From: Thalia democratica
Lineage: Eukaryota
Assembly: GCA_965202585.1 (NCBI GenBank)
Contig: OZ241832.1
Coordinates: 50,034,001 to 50,098,000, forward strand
Length of the DNA: 64,000 bases
Reading direction: 5' to 3'
The notes beneath the pieces are model-generated. The model was not told the DNA's origin. It worked only from the letters and a program-made list of their open reading frames with translations, and made no database searches. Of this stretch, positions 1-13,600 are shown piece after piece. Position numbers and translations under genes: made by a program. Within the stretch, counting starts at the first letter, position 1; every line of letters starts with the position of its first letter.

Positions 1-423
1 CACAAATTTTCATTCAGTCATAATTAATTTAAAATGTCCTTAAAAAGTTTAAACTCTACAAGTGTGTATACTTAAACTGGGCTGAATATTCTACACATGT
101 GTCGCTGATTGGCTGATCTATTTTCATAGAGATAAAACTATCCAACCGTAAATTTTGATGCTTATATCATATTTTAAAGCCACAAGTTGTTACAAGTTAG
201 CAAAAGACTTAATTTAAAATTCAAAAATCTGTTCTTAAATATTAAACCTTACTATTTTCAGAAATTTGTAAACAATTTAACTGTAATACATCTGTAGGAT
301 GAGAAAAAATTATTCAATAATAATTTAACTTAATAATAATTATTTAATTAGGATTATTTATTTTTACTGCTAATATAAGGTTATGAGTGGTGGGGTTCAT
401 TATTTTGGTTTAAAAATTCACAG

Positions 424-849
424 TTATTACCTAGGATGAAGTTGCACCAATGTCAAGGTGAAATTATATTGAATTTAATGTCTTTCTAACCATTATTTTA
501 GGCTAAAAATAAATGTTTTATGCTAACTATGTTTAGCCTGAAATATACTTTGTTTTAAACAAGAATTAAATACATAGTGCACATAAATAAAATTTATTTA
601 TGACAAACTAAAGTATTCGATTGATTATGTTTTACAATATCATAATCAATATAAAAAATTGAAATAATTTAATTGCTTTATATTGTTTAATAAAAGCAAT
701 TATATATTTAAGTTTTATTAATTTATGATATATAACTCAATTTATGTACTTATAAATATAAATTTTTAGCCAAAAATTATAGTTAAGAATACAACAAATA
801 CAATATAACTTCAGTTAGATATTGGTGCAACATCATACTAGATAATTAT
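424..849. mobile_element. ~425-bp foldback (near-palindromic) MITE-like element 1
   Basis: 441-451 gttgcaccaat pairs with 821-831 attggtgcaac. The arms align imperfectly over more than 100 bp (ctaggatgaa..ggctaaaaat). An inner perfect 10-bp inverted repeat (620-629/641-650) shares the same centre (~635). No ORF and no clear TSD. Confidence 0.6.
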
Positions 850-872
850 CAAATTCACATTGGCTTTAAAAA

Positions 873-1295
873 AGATATAGCCGGTCAAATTCTGAGGCAA
901 CAATAGGTTCCATATTGGAGGCACAACTAAAACAGCAAATAACTAGAATTCACTAAAGATATACCTCCAAGCATTTTTGAAATTACTATCACAAATTTTT
1001 AGGAAATGTTCCTTGCAATATTTAAAAATACTGGTGCAAGTAATATTAAAATTATTAAAAAATATATATAAAAAATAAAACATTTTTTGTTTTTTTGTTA
1101 TAAAATTTTTATTTTATTTTATTTTTACAAAAGACTTTTCTAAACATTGCAAGGAACATTTTCTAAAAATTTGAGGTAGTTATCTCAAAAAACCTAGGAG
1201 AATATATATTCTTAGTGATTTCTAGTTATTTGCTGTTTTAGTTGTGCCTCCCATAAAGAACCTATTGTTGCCTCCGACTTTGACCGGTTATATCT
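873..1295. mobile_element. ~423-bp foldback MITE-like element 2
   Basis: Arms of ~150 bp are clearly reverse-complementary (agatatagccggtcaaa..gaggcacaactaaaacagcaaataactaga..aatgttccttgcaat), separated by an AT-rich spacer. No clear TSD. Confidence 0.7.
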
Positions 1296-1547
1296 CAAAG
1301 ATTGTTTTGAATTTTTTAAATCTGTAAATAGCATCTTGTAGCTCAGTAAAAACTTTATAAAATAAGATCACATTCTGAAAAAAGTGTTTTAACCCCCTTA
1401 TGCCCTTAAATTTATCCTTATCTTACACGGATGCGTACTTCTTAAAGATACTCTTTGAATGTAATAGATAAATAATAACTGGCTTTTTATTTATTTTTTA
1501 TAATTATATGTGGTTACTTACACAATTATATAAATAAATAAAAATAT

Positions 1548-1613
1548 GGAAGTGGTGGGCTTTGAACCCTTACACAGGTGTTTACACTGCTTTAACTTTT
1601 CGTCCATGTTGTC
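1548..1613 (-). mobile_element. tRNA-derived SINE-like or tRNA-pseudogene remnant
   Basis: B-box-like GGTTCAAAGCC in a GGG-TTCAAAG-CCC T-arm, with a degenerate A-box-like TGGACGAAAAGTTAAAGC 38 nt upstream. Cannot be folded into a full cloverleaf. Confidence 0.3.
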
Positions 1614-4600
1614 TGTGGTAAAGCAGCACATTTTCCGTTTATTAATGTAAAAATTTTAACAACTTTTCAAAAGTTTTTGCATTGAATAATTCATTTATTC
1701 ATAAATACTAATTCAATAAAAATATGATAACATAATTAATTATGTACCAATTTTGTTAACATAACAAAACAACTAAATTAACATTTAAATTAATTTAATC
1801 GTTATTTTTAATCAAGTATAATACTTGCTATTTAAAAAACTACAAAAAAACAAAACAAAATTATACGTTATACACACAACAAGTTAATACATAAAACAAA
1901 CAAGATAATTGACTTAGTTAAACTAAATAAAAGTAATAGTTACTTTAATTTAAACTGTTATGCCTAAGTATAAGCTTAATATTTTAACCTACAATTAATA
2001 AAGTTTTTTGAATCCTACGCCTACCCCTTACACTCATTTTATTTCTAAACTATATGGGTCTCATAAAATTTACTCCTTTATTAAACTAACTCTTAATTAT
2101 TTTTAGAGTTTTGTTTTTTAATAATTTTAAAATTTTTTCAACTATACTTTTATGTTTATTTTCGCAAAAAAAAATTATTTTAAGTTTATATTAAAAACTT
2201 GCTTGAACATTTTTTTTACTATTTTTTGTTTATATGTGATAAAAATCTCGAATCAAGATGTTTTGTAAGCGTTTTGTGTTATTTTTTATTTAAAATTTTG
2301 TTTTATCTGAGTGTTTTCAATGAAAACAGCTTAAATACAAATGAAAAATATTTTTAAAAAAACAAAGAATTAATAAAATTCATTACTAAACGGGTTATCA
2401 ACCAATGAGAATTTAAAATAAAGTTTTTGATTGTACGAACCTTGATTTAATTCCTTTGGTAAACCTGTTTTGACCATACATTTGATATTCTGTCATTTAT
2501 GTATTAAAGGGTTATAACTTATAATTTATTTTGTATTCTTATATTACATATTCTACTTATAACTTATAAGTAGAATTCAAAATGTTTTTAAATTGTATTC
2601 TTGTCTCTTAAAACGTGAAATTTTATTTATACTTAATTTATCTATAAACTTCTCATCAAACCATATTTTAATAATATTTTGATATTTACATACAAAAAAT
2701 TGATCTATATATTTCGTTTAAAAGACGTTTTATTGTTTATTTTATTTACAATATGTACTAAACACCATTGTTTTTATTAAAACTGATTAAGTTATAACGT
2801 TTTTAGGTTTTTTTATTTTTTTCTGAGTTTTAACATAAAAATTTAATCACTATTGATTATTTTATATTTTTTTACCCAAAAGTAGGTTTCTTTTAATTGT
2901 TTATTCTAAAATTTACGTAAATTTGGTTTTTTATAGGTAATTTAAAAAAAATTATTAATACTTAGTGGTTTATAAAAAAACTAACTAAATTATTAAAAAC
3001 AAAATGTTTTATGTTATATTACTTAAATTAGTTATTTTTCAAGTTAACTTAATTCATCTAAGTTTAAAATATTAGAGTTGTTTTAGATTTTTTATTAACA
3101 ATATGTTTGCTTTTTTAATGTTATCGCGTCATTTTGTCCCTGGTTTTGTAAAAATTGAAAAAATTCAAAACTTTTTTATACTCTCTAGCGCTACAAATTT
3201 TAAACAAACCAGCGACGCATTGGTGGAATATTCAGCAGCTTAAACTAAAATATTTTAGTAATAAAAAATATGCTTATTAAATCTTATTACCTGTTTCGAA
3301 ATTCCTTAAAGTAGGATGTAATAAAGTGATTAAGTGGATAATACAAGTTTATATCTTGATTTAATTCTCAGTGATAATCTAACCTTACATAATTCTGTAA
3401 AAGTATGTCTGAAATTCCATACACATAAAAGTCCTGTTTTGAATCTCCGTAACATTTTACTAGAAGCTACGCGGTAGTTTTAAATAAACTAGATAAAACT
3501 ATTTACACCTATTTTTTAGAAAACCGTTCGAACTAGTTCAAAAAAAAAAAAATGTAGCAGTTATACGTTACAATAATTTAGTTTCTGTATATACAATACA
3601 CATCATAGAAACTTCATTACAAAACATCTAATAATTATAAATACCGTTAACAATGTCACAGTTACTTAAAAAAACTTTTTATTATAATATTAACGAAATT
3701 TTTAATTGAACAAAAAGTGATATTCAAAAAAAGATTAATACTGCATATGCTGATTTCTATACGTATTTTAAATTAAATTTTTTAAGTTATTTTATATTAC
3801 AATAAAAAAGTGTTAACCTTTTGAAGCTTAATTCTTGTAAAAGTAATAAGAAATAATAGATATATAAGTTTGAATCTTTCGGAACAAGTACTATGAGATA
3901 GCGTTAAAGATAAACTGTGAGTAACACTAATAAAAAAGCCTTTTTTATATGTTGGCAGGCAAGCATTTTACTATGTTTTCAAGTTAAAAAATATTCTCAA
4001 AAAACTGCTTAAGCTTATTTTTATAATAAACATCAGTAAAGTTGTCAAAAGTACAACTCTACAACAAAGCTGATAAAGGCAATTGTTATTTGAAAAATTA
4101 AAGACGGTCAAAAAGTATCTTTGAAATAAAAGCGTTCTACATAAAGGTAACTCATCAATTATTAAAGGCCTTCTAAAATTACTTTCTATCTACTGTCATT
4201 ATTAACATAAAATGCGCAATGAAACAATAGAAAGTATAAGAAAGTAGCAATGGACATTTAACAGGTTAGCGCTGAGCTGCTGAGCTGTCCGCAGTAATTG
4301 CGACGATAAAATCGCAATTTCATCCACTTTACTTTAATTCGGCCTTAATTCGCTCCCATTGTTTTTGTTGGTTGTCACACAAAGCCACTGCGAGTCAAAT
4401 TTAAAGGCAAATTGGTTACTTGTTATTATTTTCATTTCGCACCGTGACTATTTAGCGCTTTTTGAAGGTTGGCCGCGATAAAATCTGGTGTCGTCTTTTA
4501 TCAAAAAGAATAAAGAGCTAACGAATGGCGAAATGCGATAAGAAGCGATGCGTTCTGAAATTGGTGACGAGCCAAATTATTTCATTTCATATCTCAGTGT

Positions 4601-7600
4601 TTGTATATGATTAGTTTTTTTTATTATTTCGAATTTCACGAACTCCAGCTCAACTTTGCCGAGGCCGAATAAACAGTTCAGCGAAGAATGATATCTCGTC
4701 GTTAAAGCGCCTGAGAGCTCTTTTTGTTCGTGCCAATTTGCCAACGAAATTAAGCTACCGCTGACGATGTGGCAAAAGTTTGTGCGAATGTCGAAAGCAG
4801 CGTCTATTAAAGTTTTCAGTTTGCCCTGATAAAAGAATTACGTTACATTTATTACAGAAATAAAACGCAATTGTCGTCTGTAATTGGAGTTTAGCGGCGC
4901 CACTTATTGCAGGGTTGTATTAATTGCGAGTTCGAACCGCAAAATTGTATTAAACTTTTTGTTTTCATAACTCGAGTTTTGAACTTAGTTTACCAGTAAT
5001 ATTTTTGCTTTGTTTTCGCTTTATACGTTATATAGCATAAACTATTTCATAAAACGATATAAATTTCATAGTTACACATTGTATTTGTTTACAGATAAAA
5101 ACTACTTAAATTAATTTTGTTTTTTTGAATATTTACGAATTGCTTTAGATAAAGTAACATTTTAATAATAGCAAGATTTAATAATTAAGTCATGGCTTTA
5201 TTTTGTAAATTAAAATTCATAGACCAAATATTAAAGACCTACCTTAAGCCTAAGAATAGTTTGTTTAAAGGAAACAATCGTTTTTTAAGACAACTTATTC
5301 TAACGAGTAAGCTTTTTATTTTGTAACACTGTAATAAGTCATTTACACTAAACATCCTTTTTTAATAACTATGGAAACCTATAAACGTAACTATTTAAGC
5401 CTAAATTGTTAACGACAAAAATTTATATTAATTAAAGAAAATACTTGGAATTTATAAAACAGATTAAGAGTATATAGATTTTGAGTTTTATACTAAATCT
5501 CTTATTTAATATTTTAAATATAAGTACCTATGTAAGTAAAAGCTATATAAATAAAGATTAAAATCATTTAGCTAATTCAAACCTTTTCAAAATTATTCAA
5601 AGATAAACTTTAAAAACAAAAACAAAATTTATTTGCATTGTTATTAATTTATAAATGTATAAATTATTTTGTCAACTTTCATAAAATTAAACAAAAACAG
5701 TTACTTACAACTACTGTCTGTTTTTTTAAGTACATAATTAGTGTATTTTCCTCAATTAAACTTATTCATACGTAAAAATATATTAAAGTTTTGTTTACTT
5801 TTAACTATAAAGATTGAAAACCACAACTAAGGTAAAATAAAGGTAACTTTGTAATTAGTTTAGGTTCTCAAAAATATTTACTTGTAAACCTACTTAGTAC
5901 GATAAACCTTATCCATTCCTGCTTCTACTTACCTTTGTATACAATACTTTTTAAGAGATCATCATGTTGTATCTATTTTTGTATGATAAAAGTTGATTTG
6001 TTTTTTTAAGTTTCTAAAATAATTAACCAGGTGAACTACTTTTAAAATTCAAATAACGTATGTTTAAAATATATAGTTTTATTGGTTTTTATAAAATATC
6101 ATCGGAAAATAGTTTAGATTTAGTAAAAGCTTGTATTTTTATTCTCAGCGGTGATGTTAAAGCCTTTCTAATTCTAAAAAAGCTTTAAGATCTAGTTATA
6201 GTTGAAAAACTATTATTTTCTGTATAAACATTTCTTACAAATAAGATAATGAGTACACTTTTTAATTTAAATAATTTAATAGCATAGAAATATTGCCATT
6301 TTAACTTTTTATGCTATTTATAATACTAGAAAAAATTATAAATTTTTAATCTAAAAAGTAAAAATACGTTTAAAAGTAATTTAATCTAAAAATATTCACA
6401 AAACAACTTCTGTTTAAGTATTCAAAGTATTCATAGCAAGATTTTAGTACTTGTAAAATTTTACAAGATTGTTACAAAATTTTATTTTGTAATGAAAACT
6501 TAGATTAATACTTGAGTTTTCTCTGAATTTAAGACCGTTTTTAGTAAATTGACTAAAAATATTAAACTTTAAAAGTAAAATAACAACTCAAAGTTGTTAA
6601 AAAAACGTTACAGTTTCTATTATAATACGATTGTTTATAATGTAATGTTTTATAACGTTTAACAGTAAGTGTTATAATGAACTCTAGACTATTTTTTTAT
6701 TTAAAAAATTGAAAATTTGATCATTAATTAAATTTTTTTTGAGCATTTTATACAAAAGTCAAATAAAGATTAAATAAAAATTAGAATCTTACACAATTTA
6801 ATTGTTTCTGTAACAATTATTTTAGTTCACCACTTTGTCGTAGTTTTAAATTAGTACTTTGAAAAAAAAAATATTTTAAGTAAGCTCTGTGCTTGATAAA
6901 ACTCATCACAAGAGAGCAATAGAGAGCAAATAATGATGTAAAGCAAAAAATTGCTGGCTAATTCAGTGCATAAACAACTGTGTTAAATATTTTTTAAATA
7001 GCTATAAATAATAAATAAATTCTTTATACTGAAATAAACAAAATGATACTAAAAATGCACTTTAGTGTTTATTAATTAAAACTTAGAAACTTGTACACGT
7101 TGATATTATCCAAGTAAAATATTTAAAATTTTACATAGATTTCTAAATTTTTATAAATAAAAATAACAAACAAATTGTTTTATTTACATTATTTACATTC
7201 AATAAAACAAAGTTATAACTTAATGTTATACACGTAACTACGTGACTACCTTACTTTTATTGTAGTTATATAAAATGAGAACAGTTAGAAACTAATTAGC
7301 TATAAAAATGATATATCATCATAAAAGGTCTATAAAGCTTGAAAAGTTTGATTCATACAAAAATTTTGTATACATTATTATTATTAAACATAAAAGTATT
7401 AAAATGTAACTTTGATGAGTTGTTTTTTATTATTCAAAAAAGCTGTATTTTAGTAACTGTTTTCTGTACATTAAAGCATCAAGTTAAAAACATATGTAAA
7501 ATTAGTGTATGTTTTATACTAAATATATGTTTCTTTGTTTATATTAGTATTGGGCACTTTAAACCAAGTTTTTACGAAACAACACAGTATTTAAAAAGCA

Positions 7601-10600
7601 ACATTGTTTAAGGTTGGAATTAACCCAAGTGTTTAAAATATACTATCAAATATTCTGAAACCAATAAACTGATCGGTTGATGAAATTATTTCACTACCTA
7701 AGTTTATTTAAATCCTTATTTCAATGCTTCACAGTCAAGAGTTTAAACACCTTTCGAAGTTTAAGTGAACCTTTTAAGTGTTTATAATATCTAAGCTTTA
7801 TGTATGAGAAGGGAAATAAACTAGAGAGTGAGCTTTTGCGTGGGTATACATTTTATACAAAAATAGTTTTTAAATAAATGAAATTTAACTTAATCATGGT
7901 CATAATTTAGAACTTTTTCCAATATTAAAACCTAAAAAGATATTCTGTTTTTTCTAATATTTTTTTATAGTAATTTTTTTTCACGATCTTGTTAACGACT
8001 CAAATAAAATGGTATAATCTTTATTTTAACACAAATTATTTCTTTTTTGTCTAACGATTTCATTTTTAACTAAATTACAGTCGGACAGTTATATCAGCTT
8101 GAAGTTTAATAAATAAATAAAAAACAAAGAACTGGTTTTTAAATATTTTTATTTTTTTAAAAATCGAAACTAAGTCTAAAACAATCTGCTTTAATAATTA
8201 TACTTAGCTGAGTAAAAAACACTTGAAATCTTATATTGAATAAAAAATATATAATCTTTCAAGTATTTCAATTCACACAAAAATTAAAACAAAGAACAGT
8301 TTTTCAACCGGTTTAATTACCGGCCACCCAGCGAGACATTACTAATATTCACCCGATCCGGCGGTTTTAACTTCTCATCGTCTGTCTGCACCTTCAACTC
8401 GCATGTTTGGTGGAGCGAAACAGGGAATCAGAAACTCGCATAATTGCAGGTGTCATGACGAAAGAAAAGTGTATGGTAGGAAGCACACACAACCGTTTTC
8501 GTGCCATTAAATAAATTAAACGCTCGCTGTAAAGATGAAATTTGTTAAGGTTTTATTTCGCCGTTTAATGAACTTTTATGTTTAATTAAGCATAACCCGG
8601 TCGTTAAGACTTAATAAAAGCAGTTTGTATTTTGTTTGCCCCCCGAGCGGAGGCCTTTCGCTCATCGCTTATCTTTTCGAGCAGCACTAGTTTCTATTCA
8701 AATTAATTCTCTATAAATCCTCGAAATCATTTAAAAGCTTCGTTTAATGAGTTATGGCCATATAGACGGGATTTGAAGCTTATAATGCCGCGACTTTTGT
8801 TATAAAACTTTTGATTGATTATAATGAAAATACATTGTTAAAAAATTAAGAAACACGTCTATGTTAACAAATGGTTTTTGTTGTGAACAGAATTAGTTTT
8901 ATGTTTTTTAAAAACTAGTTTGATGTTGTTTGAATCTTATATATGTTTAAAAATAAAATCTCAATTTGATTTAAATGATTAAATTTATTTTAAACAGTTA
9001 AATTGTGTTTTAACTCGACATTTGTTTTTAAGATATTATGTTGTTATTTATGAATTATTTACTCATAATATATATATTAAGTAAGCCCAATACACGGTAA
9101 AACAAAGTTTTGAACGTAAAGAAAATCCTTGTTTTAGCCAAAGTAAACTAAAGAAAAACTTTAACAAACATTAGAGTTAAAAAAAGACAAAAAATGTGAT
9201 AAAACTATAGACGTGAATAAACATTTCAATAACTTTAATGATTATAGTCGGATAACAAACCTATCATTTTAATAGTTACAATTTATTGATTTTTATAGTT
9301 ATGCTGTATGTGTTTACATACAAACCAACAGAACAAAAAGGCTATTTAAAACCATTTAAAGAGAAAACCGTTACTGTTTGCAATTTACTTTTGTAACTTT
9401 GTTTTTCGTTGTTTTATGTTTTTTTACTTTGACACCGATTTTAGCACTTAGTAACAAATTAATTAAACAATGACTAACAACGGTGTACGCACGATATTAA
9501 ATCTTTGTGGTGTTACTCGAAATGAATGATCGTAAAGCTGTTTGCGCGATGAAAAGTTAATTTATGACTTTTAAAAACGCATTGTTGCCGAGGAAATAAA
9601 CACTGAACAATGAGAAACAACAAATAGCAGGAGCTTAATACAGGTGCTAAAGCAAACAATTTAAGCTGTGGAACAATGGGGTGTACGTTATAACTTATTA
9701 GATGTATTTGTTCAGTTTACAACCACATTTTTTGAAACTTCAATTTAAAAACACTTCATTTCGAATGTAATTAGATTGAAACAATATTGTTTTAATATTT
9801 GATACAAGTGTTAATCGTTTTAACAACATTAACAAACTGCTTGCAACTTATATTTTTTACAGTTTTCTTAGGGTAGAACTTCTGTGTAAAGATCAATGCA
9901 AATAGTAATTACAAGTAGTAAGACACTCCTAAAAGTATCAATATAAATATGTTTGTTCATGAAGCATTTACTTCAAAGTTTTCATAAAGTAGTTTATTTG
10001 CTTGTATAATTGAATTATTAATATATACTATTCTATTAAAATACAAGGTACTTACAATACATTTCATTTTTTATTTTCTTATAACTTTAAGTAATAACTA
10101 TAATATAAAATACTTATGTATATAACTAAATTAAATATTTTAGTAATCTGAAAATTTATAAAAAGCGATTTACTAAAAACTACTACTTTAAACATTTTTT
10201 GGTACATTAAATGAATTGTAGGTATATTTAGGAAGCTGATTACTAACCGCAATAAAAAAAACTGCTTTTAAAGTAAGTTAAGCATAACGAGAACATAAAA
10301 CTCTAGAAAACATAATTTGATAATTTATTGTAAAAGCTAAAAATAAATATAAATCTGCTAGTACGAATAAAAATATCTAAAGTTTGTCGTATATAGCTTC
10401 ACTTAAGCATAACAAATTTTACGTAAATTATATAATCATTTATACTATAACTTACACTTAAACTTAATTTTTTTTTTGGCATCAAGAGTAAAACTTGATG
10501 AAAATTTGTAAACCTCTTATTCTAACAAAATAAAACTGGTCAAAAATAAAACAACAAAAATGGTTCGTTTTAACTTGCTGAATTCTAAGAAAAAAAGAAG

Positions 10601-13600
10601 ATACTTCACAGTAACCAACTGAATTGCAAGTACTTCATAAGATTGATTAAGTCGTTTTCAGGTTTGTAAACTCCATTTTAGCATCACGTTTTATCCGTCA
10701 AATTTGACATAAGGTAAACTAAAAAAATCCGATTACATATAGTTTAAGCAGTGTATGTACTTTACTGTTTCTAGAAATATGTATTCTTGCATTTTTGCAA
10801 ATGTAAACAGGCTGGACTTAAATCAATACATGTTTACAATAAATCGAATAATTTTTTTGGATTTTCTAATAATAATTTTAATTACATCAAAACACTAATT
10901 AGACAAATTTGATTTGTTCCTCGTTTCATAATAGTCATTTGAATTTTTTGTTAAAATAAAAAAGAATTATCATTCTCTAATATGTTGTTATTTTTACCAT
11001 TCTTTATTGCTAAAACAGCTTTAGATAAAACAATAATGTTAATTTTTAGCTTATTTTTAATTTTATACAAACTAAAACCTAAAAATATACTTATAAAGTT
11101 TTTTATGCACTGATCTTAAAACAAATTTAAATATAGTATTTCTTTTCAAACGAACTTTTACCTATTTAATTTTAATTTTTGGTGTAACTTTATTTCTTGG
11201 AATAATAGTGTAACTCTAACTGCGGAAGTTTCAGTTGCCTTCACTGCTTTCACATCAGGACTAGCTGCAATCACGTTCACGAAACTAATCTCCTTATTTT
11301 GTAAAACTACTAGATGTAGGTTAAATTAGAAACATTAGAGCTTAATTAAATTTTAGATTAGCTAAGCTTTTGATAGATTTTTGTTGATGTTTAGTTAATT
11401 TTAAAGTTTGCAAGAAACAACTAGCTTATTTATTGTTATTTCGAAGTGTGTTAGTTATTACAGTAAAATATTTAAATAAAATGTTCAGTTAGTTTTTTTT
11501 TGGAATCTAAAGCACAAACACAAACTTAAGCTTATAAAAATAAATTAAATTATTTACTATGAAACAATTTAAAATAGGTAAAGGTTAAGTTCGTTAAAAC
11601 TTAAAAAAAAAGTTTTTATAAACCACAAACATGTTTGTTATAAAAAGTTAACACTGAAAACAATTTGTTTTTGAAACAAAGTGCAGGAATAAGAAACTAG
11701 TGGAAAGGTTTATTGCTCAGATTTAATAAGTCTTGTTACGGTAGTACTGTGCCTCAGAGAAAATTGAAGCTCCGTCTCTATAAATAAATCGTTTAAAGTG
11801 GTGCTTGTGAAGTTTTTGAGTTTTTTAAAACTTTAAGAGCTATTGTTTTAAATTTTTACAAACTTAATTTGCCGAGTTAACAGAAAACTAAAATCCTTTA
11901 ATAAAGTTTAAGAATTAAAAATTTTGTAAAACCGTGAAAAGTATTAAATAAAAGACGTTTGAATAACTGAAAATTTTAAACTTTACACGTAAAGTTTGTT
12001 AACTATACTTTACAGATTTTTAGGGCAGCAGACTTTCAAAAATCATAAAGCTCTTTTTAGATAAAACTTGAAATACCATAAAATTGGCGATTTTTTTTAA
12101 ACTTTGAAACATTAAGTTATTAAATGACGAAAGGTTATAAAATAGTTACTTTTTTTTATGATGTAGGTAACTAAAACAAATTTGTTATAAAATTTTTTCG
12201 ATAGTTTATAAGAAAGTTAAAACTCAACAAACTTGATACTTAAACTACTTTAATTTTAAATTGTTCAAAATAATTGCTTTTGTGATCAACCCAATTTAAA
12301 AAACATTAAAAAAAAATTAATTTTTTTTTTTTGATACTATAAATGTATTTATTTTATAAAATTTAAACAATTATGCTTAATTTGTGGTTCTTTGAGGAAC
12401 TTGTTTATTTAAACTAAAGTAACTTGAGAAAATTTAAAAGAAGAACAATTATCTTGTTTTAGTTTAACTACTAATGAAAATTATTGCTGTCACTTTATTC
12501 TGCTTCTGTAGTAGCCCTAAAAAACACATATTTTATATTTTAACATACTAAACAAGATCTCAAAACGCCAAGTCTTTTGACCTTTGAAAGCTGTGTTTTA
12601 AGTTGAAAGCACACACGCAAAACAAAAATAACGGCGATTATCAAATTGAAGCGAGGCGCGATAATTTTCACGAAATTGTAGGAGTGGTGTATTGCTAATT
12701 ACATGTCTTTAGTTTTGAATGTTAAAAGTACTATTCACGCCATTAATTTTGCCCGCTCCTCAGTGGAGACACAACAATGGAACTGAAGATTATAAGGCTG
12801 TGCTTCGCTGCTCGGCTAATTTTCTTGTTAGTCTTAAGCTAGCCAGCTAGTTTCTATTGGAAGAGTATTTAATTTTAAACTTAGATGCTTAATGTAACCT
12901 TTTAAATAGAGAAACGGTTTTAAACACGTTTTATACAAAACCACTTGGTATTAAGTTTAAAACCATTAATTTTTAAAGTTATAACGCTTTAAATAAGCTT
13001 TTTTGTTACATAAGCAAAAAAAATGTATAAATGCTATTTGAATATAAAATTGGACCTAATATGCTATAATACCTATGGTTAGAAGATAGCATCATCTATT
13101 TGATGAAAACTTTTATTACAAGTTACAAAAGTATGAAAAAGAAAAGAAATATTGGAACAGTTTACCAATAATTTAAACTTTAAAGTGTGTATTTTCAGAA
13201 CGAAATGTTATACAAAAGAAACTTTTAATTTTTTCAAGTTTAAAATTGTGAAAAGACAGAAAACTTTAGTTGGTGTGAAAATAGCTACTCAAACAAACAA
13301 CGAAACAAAAAGATTGATCAGTTTAATGAGCAAAGTACAATTTAATTTTTGAAGACATTCTGGGGTATTGTGCCTGCTTAAGCCAAATATTTACACTGGC
13401 TACCAAACAAAGGAATTGCAATCTGGCCTTGATGGCGTTTCTTATAAGTAATCACTTTTTATTAAGTATGCGAAATGAGTTTCAAAACCAGTGTGATTTG
13501 TTCTCACAAAAATAAGCATGTAGGCGTCACACATTATTTCTATACAAAACAAAGCTGCTTAAGTACAAAACCTCAGCTATATATTTAACATTATGAATGA

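Noticed and set aside
6450-6467. Perfect 18-bp palindrome cttgtaaaattttacaag
   Set aside because: Mostly A/T and isolated; plausible by chance in this composition.
7339-7611. AT-rich short ORFs (also 13152, 19861, 23621, 32162, 37020, 45980, 50065 etc.)
   Set aside because: F/I/L/K-rich compositions typical of random AT-rich DNA; no splice support or motifs.
10662-10713. + strand segment with ttttcag| and aag|gtaaac borders
   Set aside because: Stops in all three frames; could be a UTR exon but nothing supports it.
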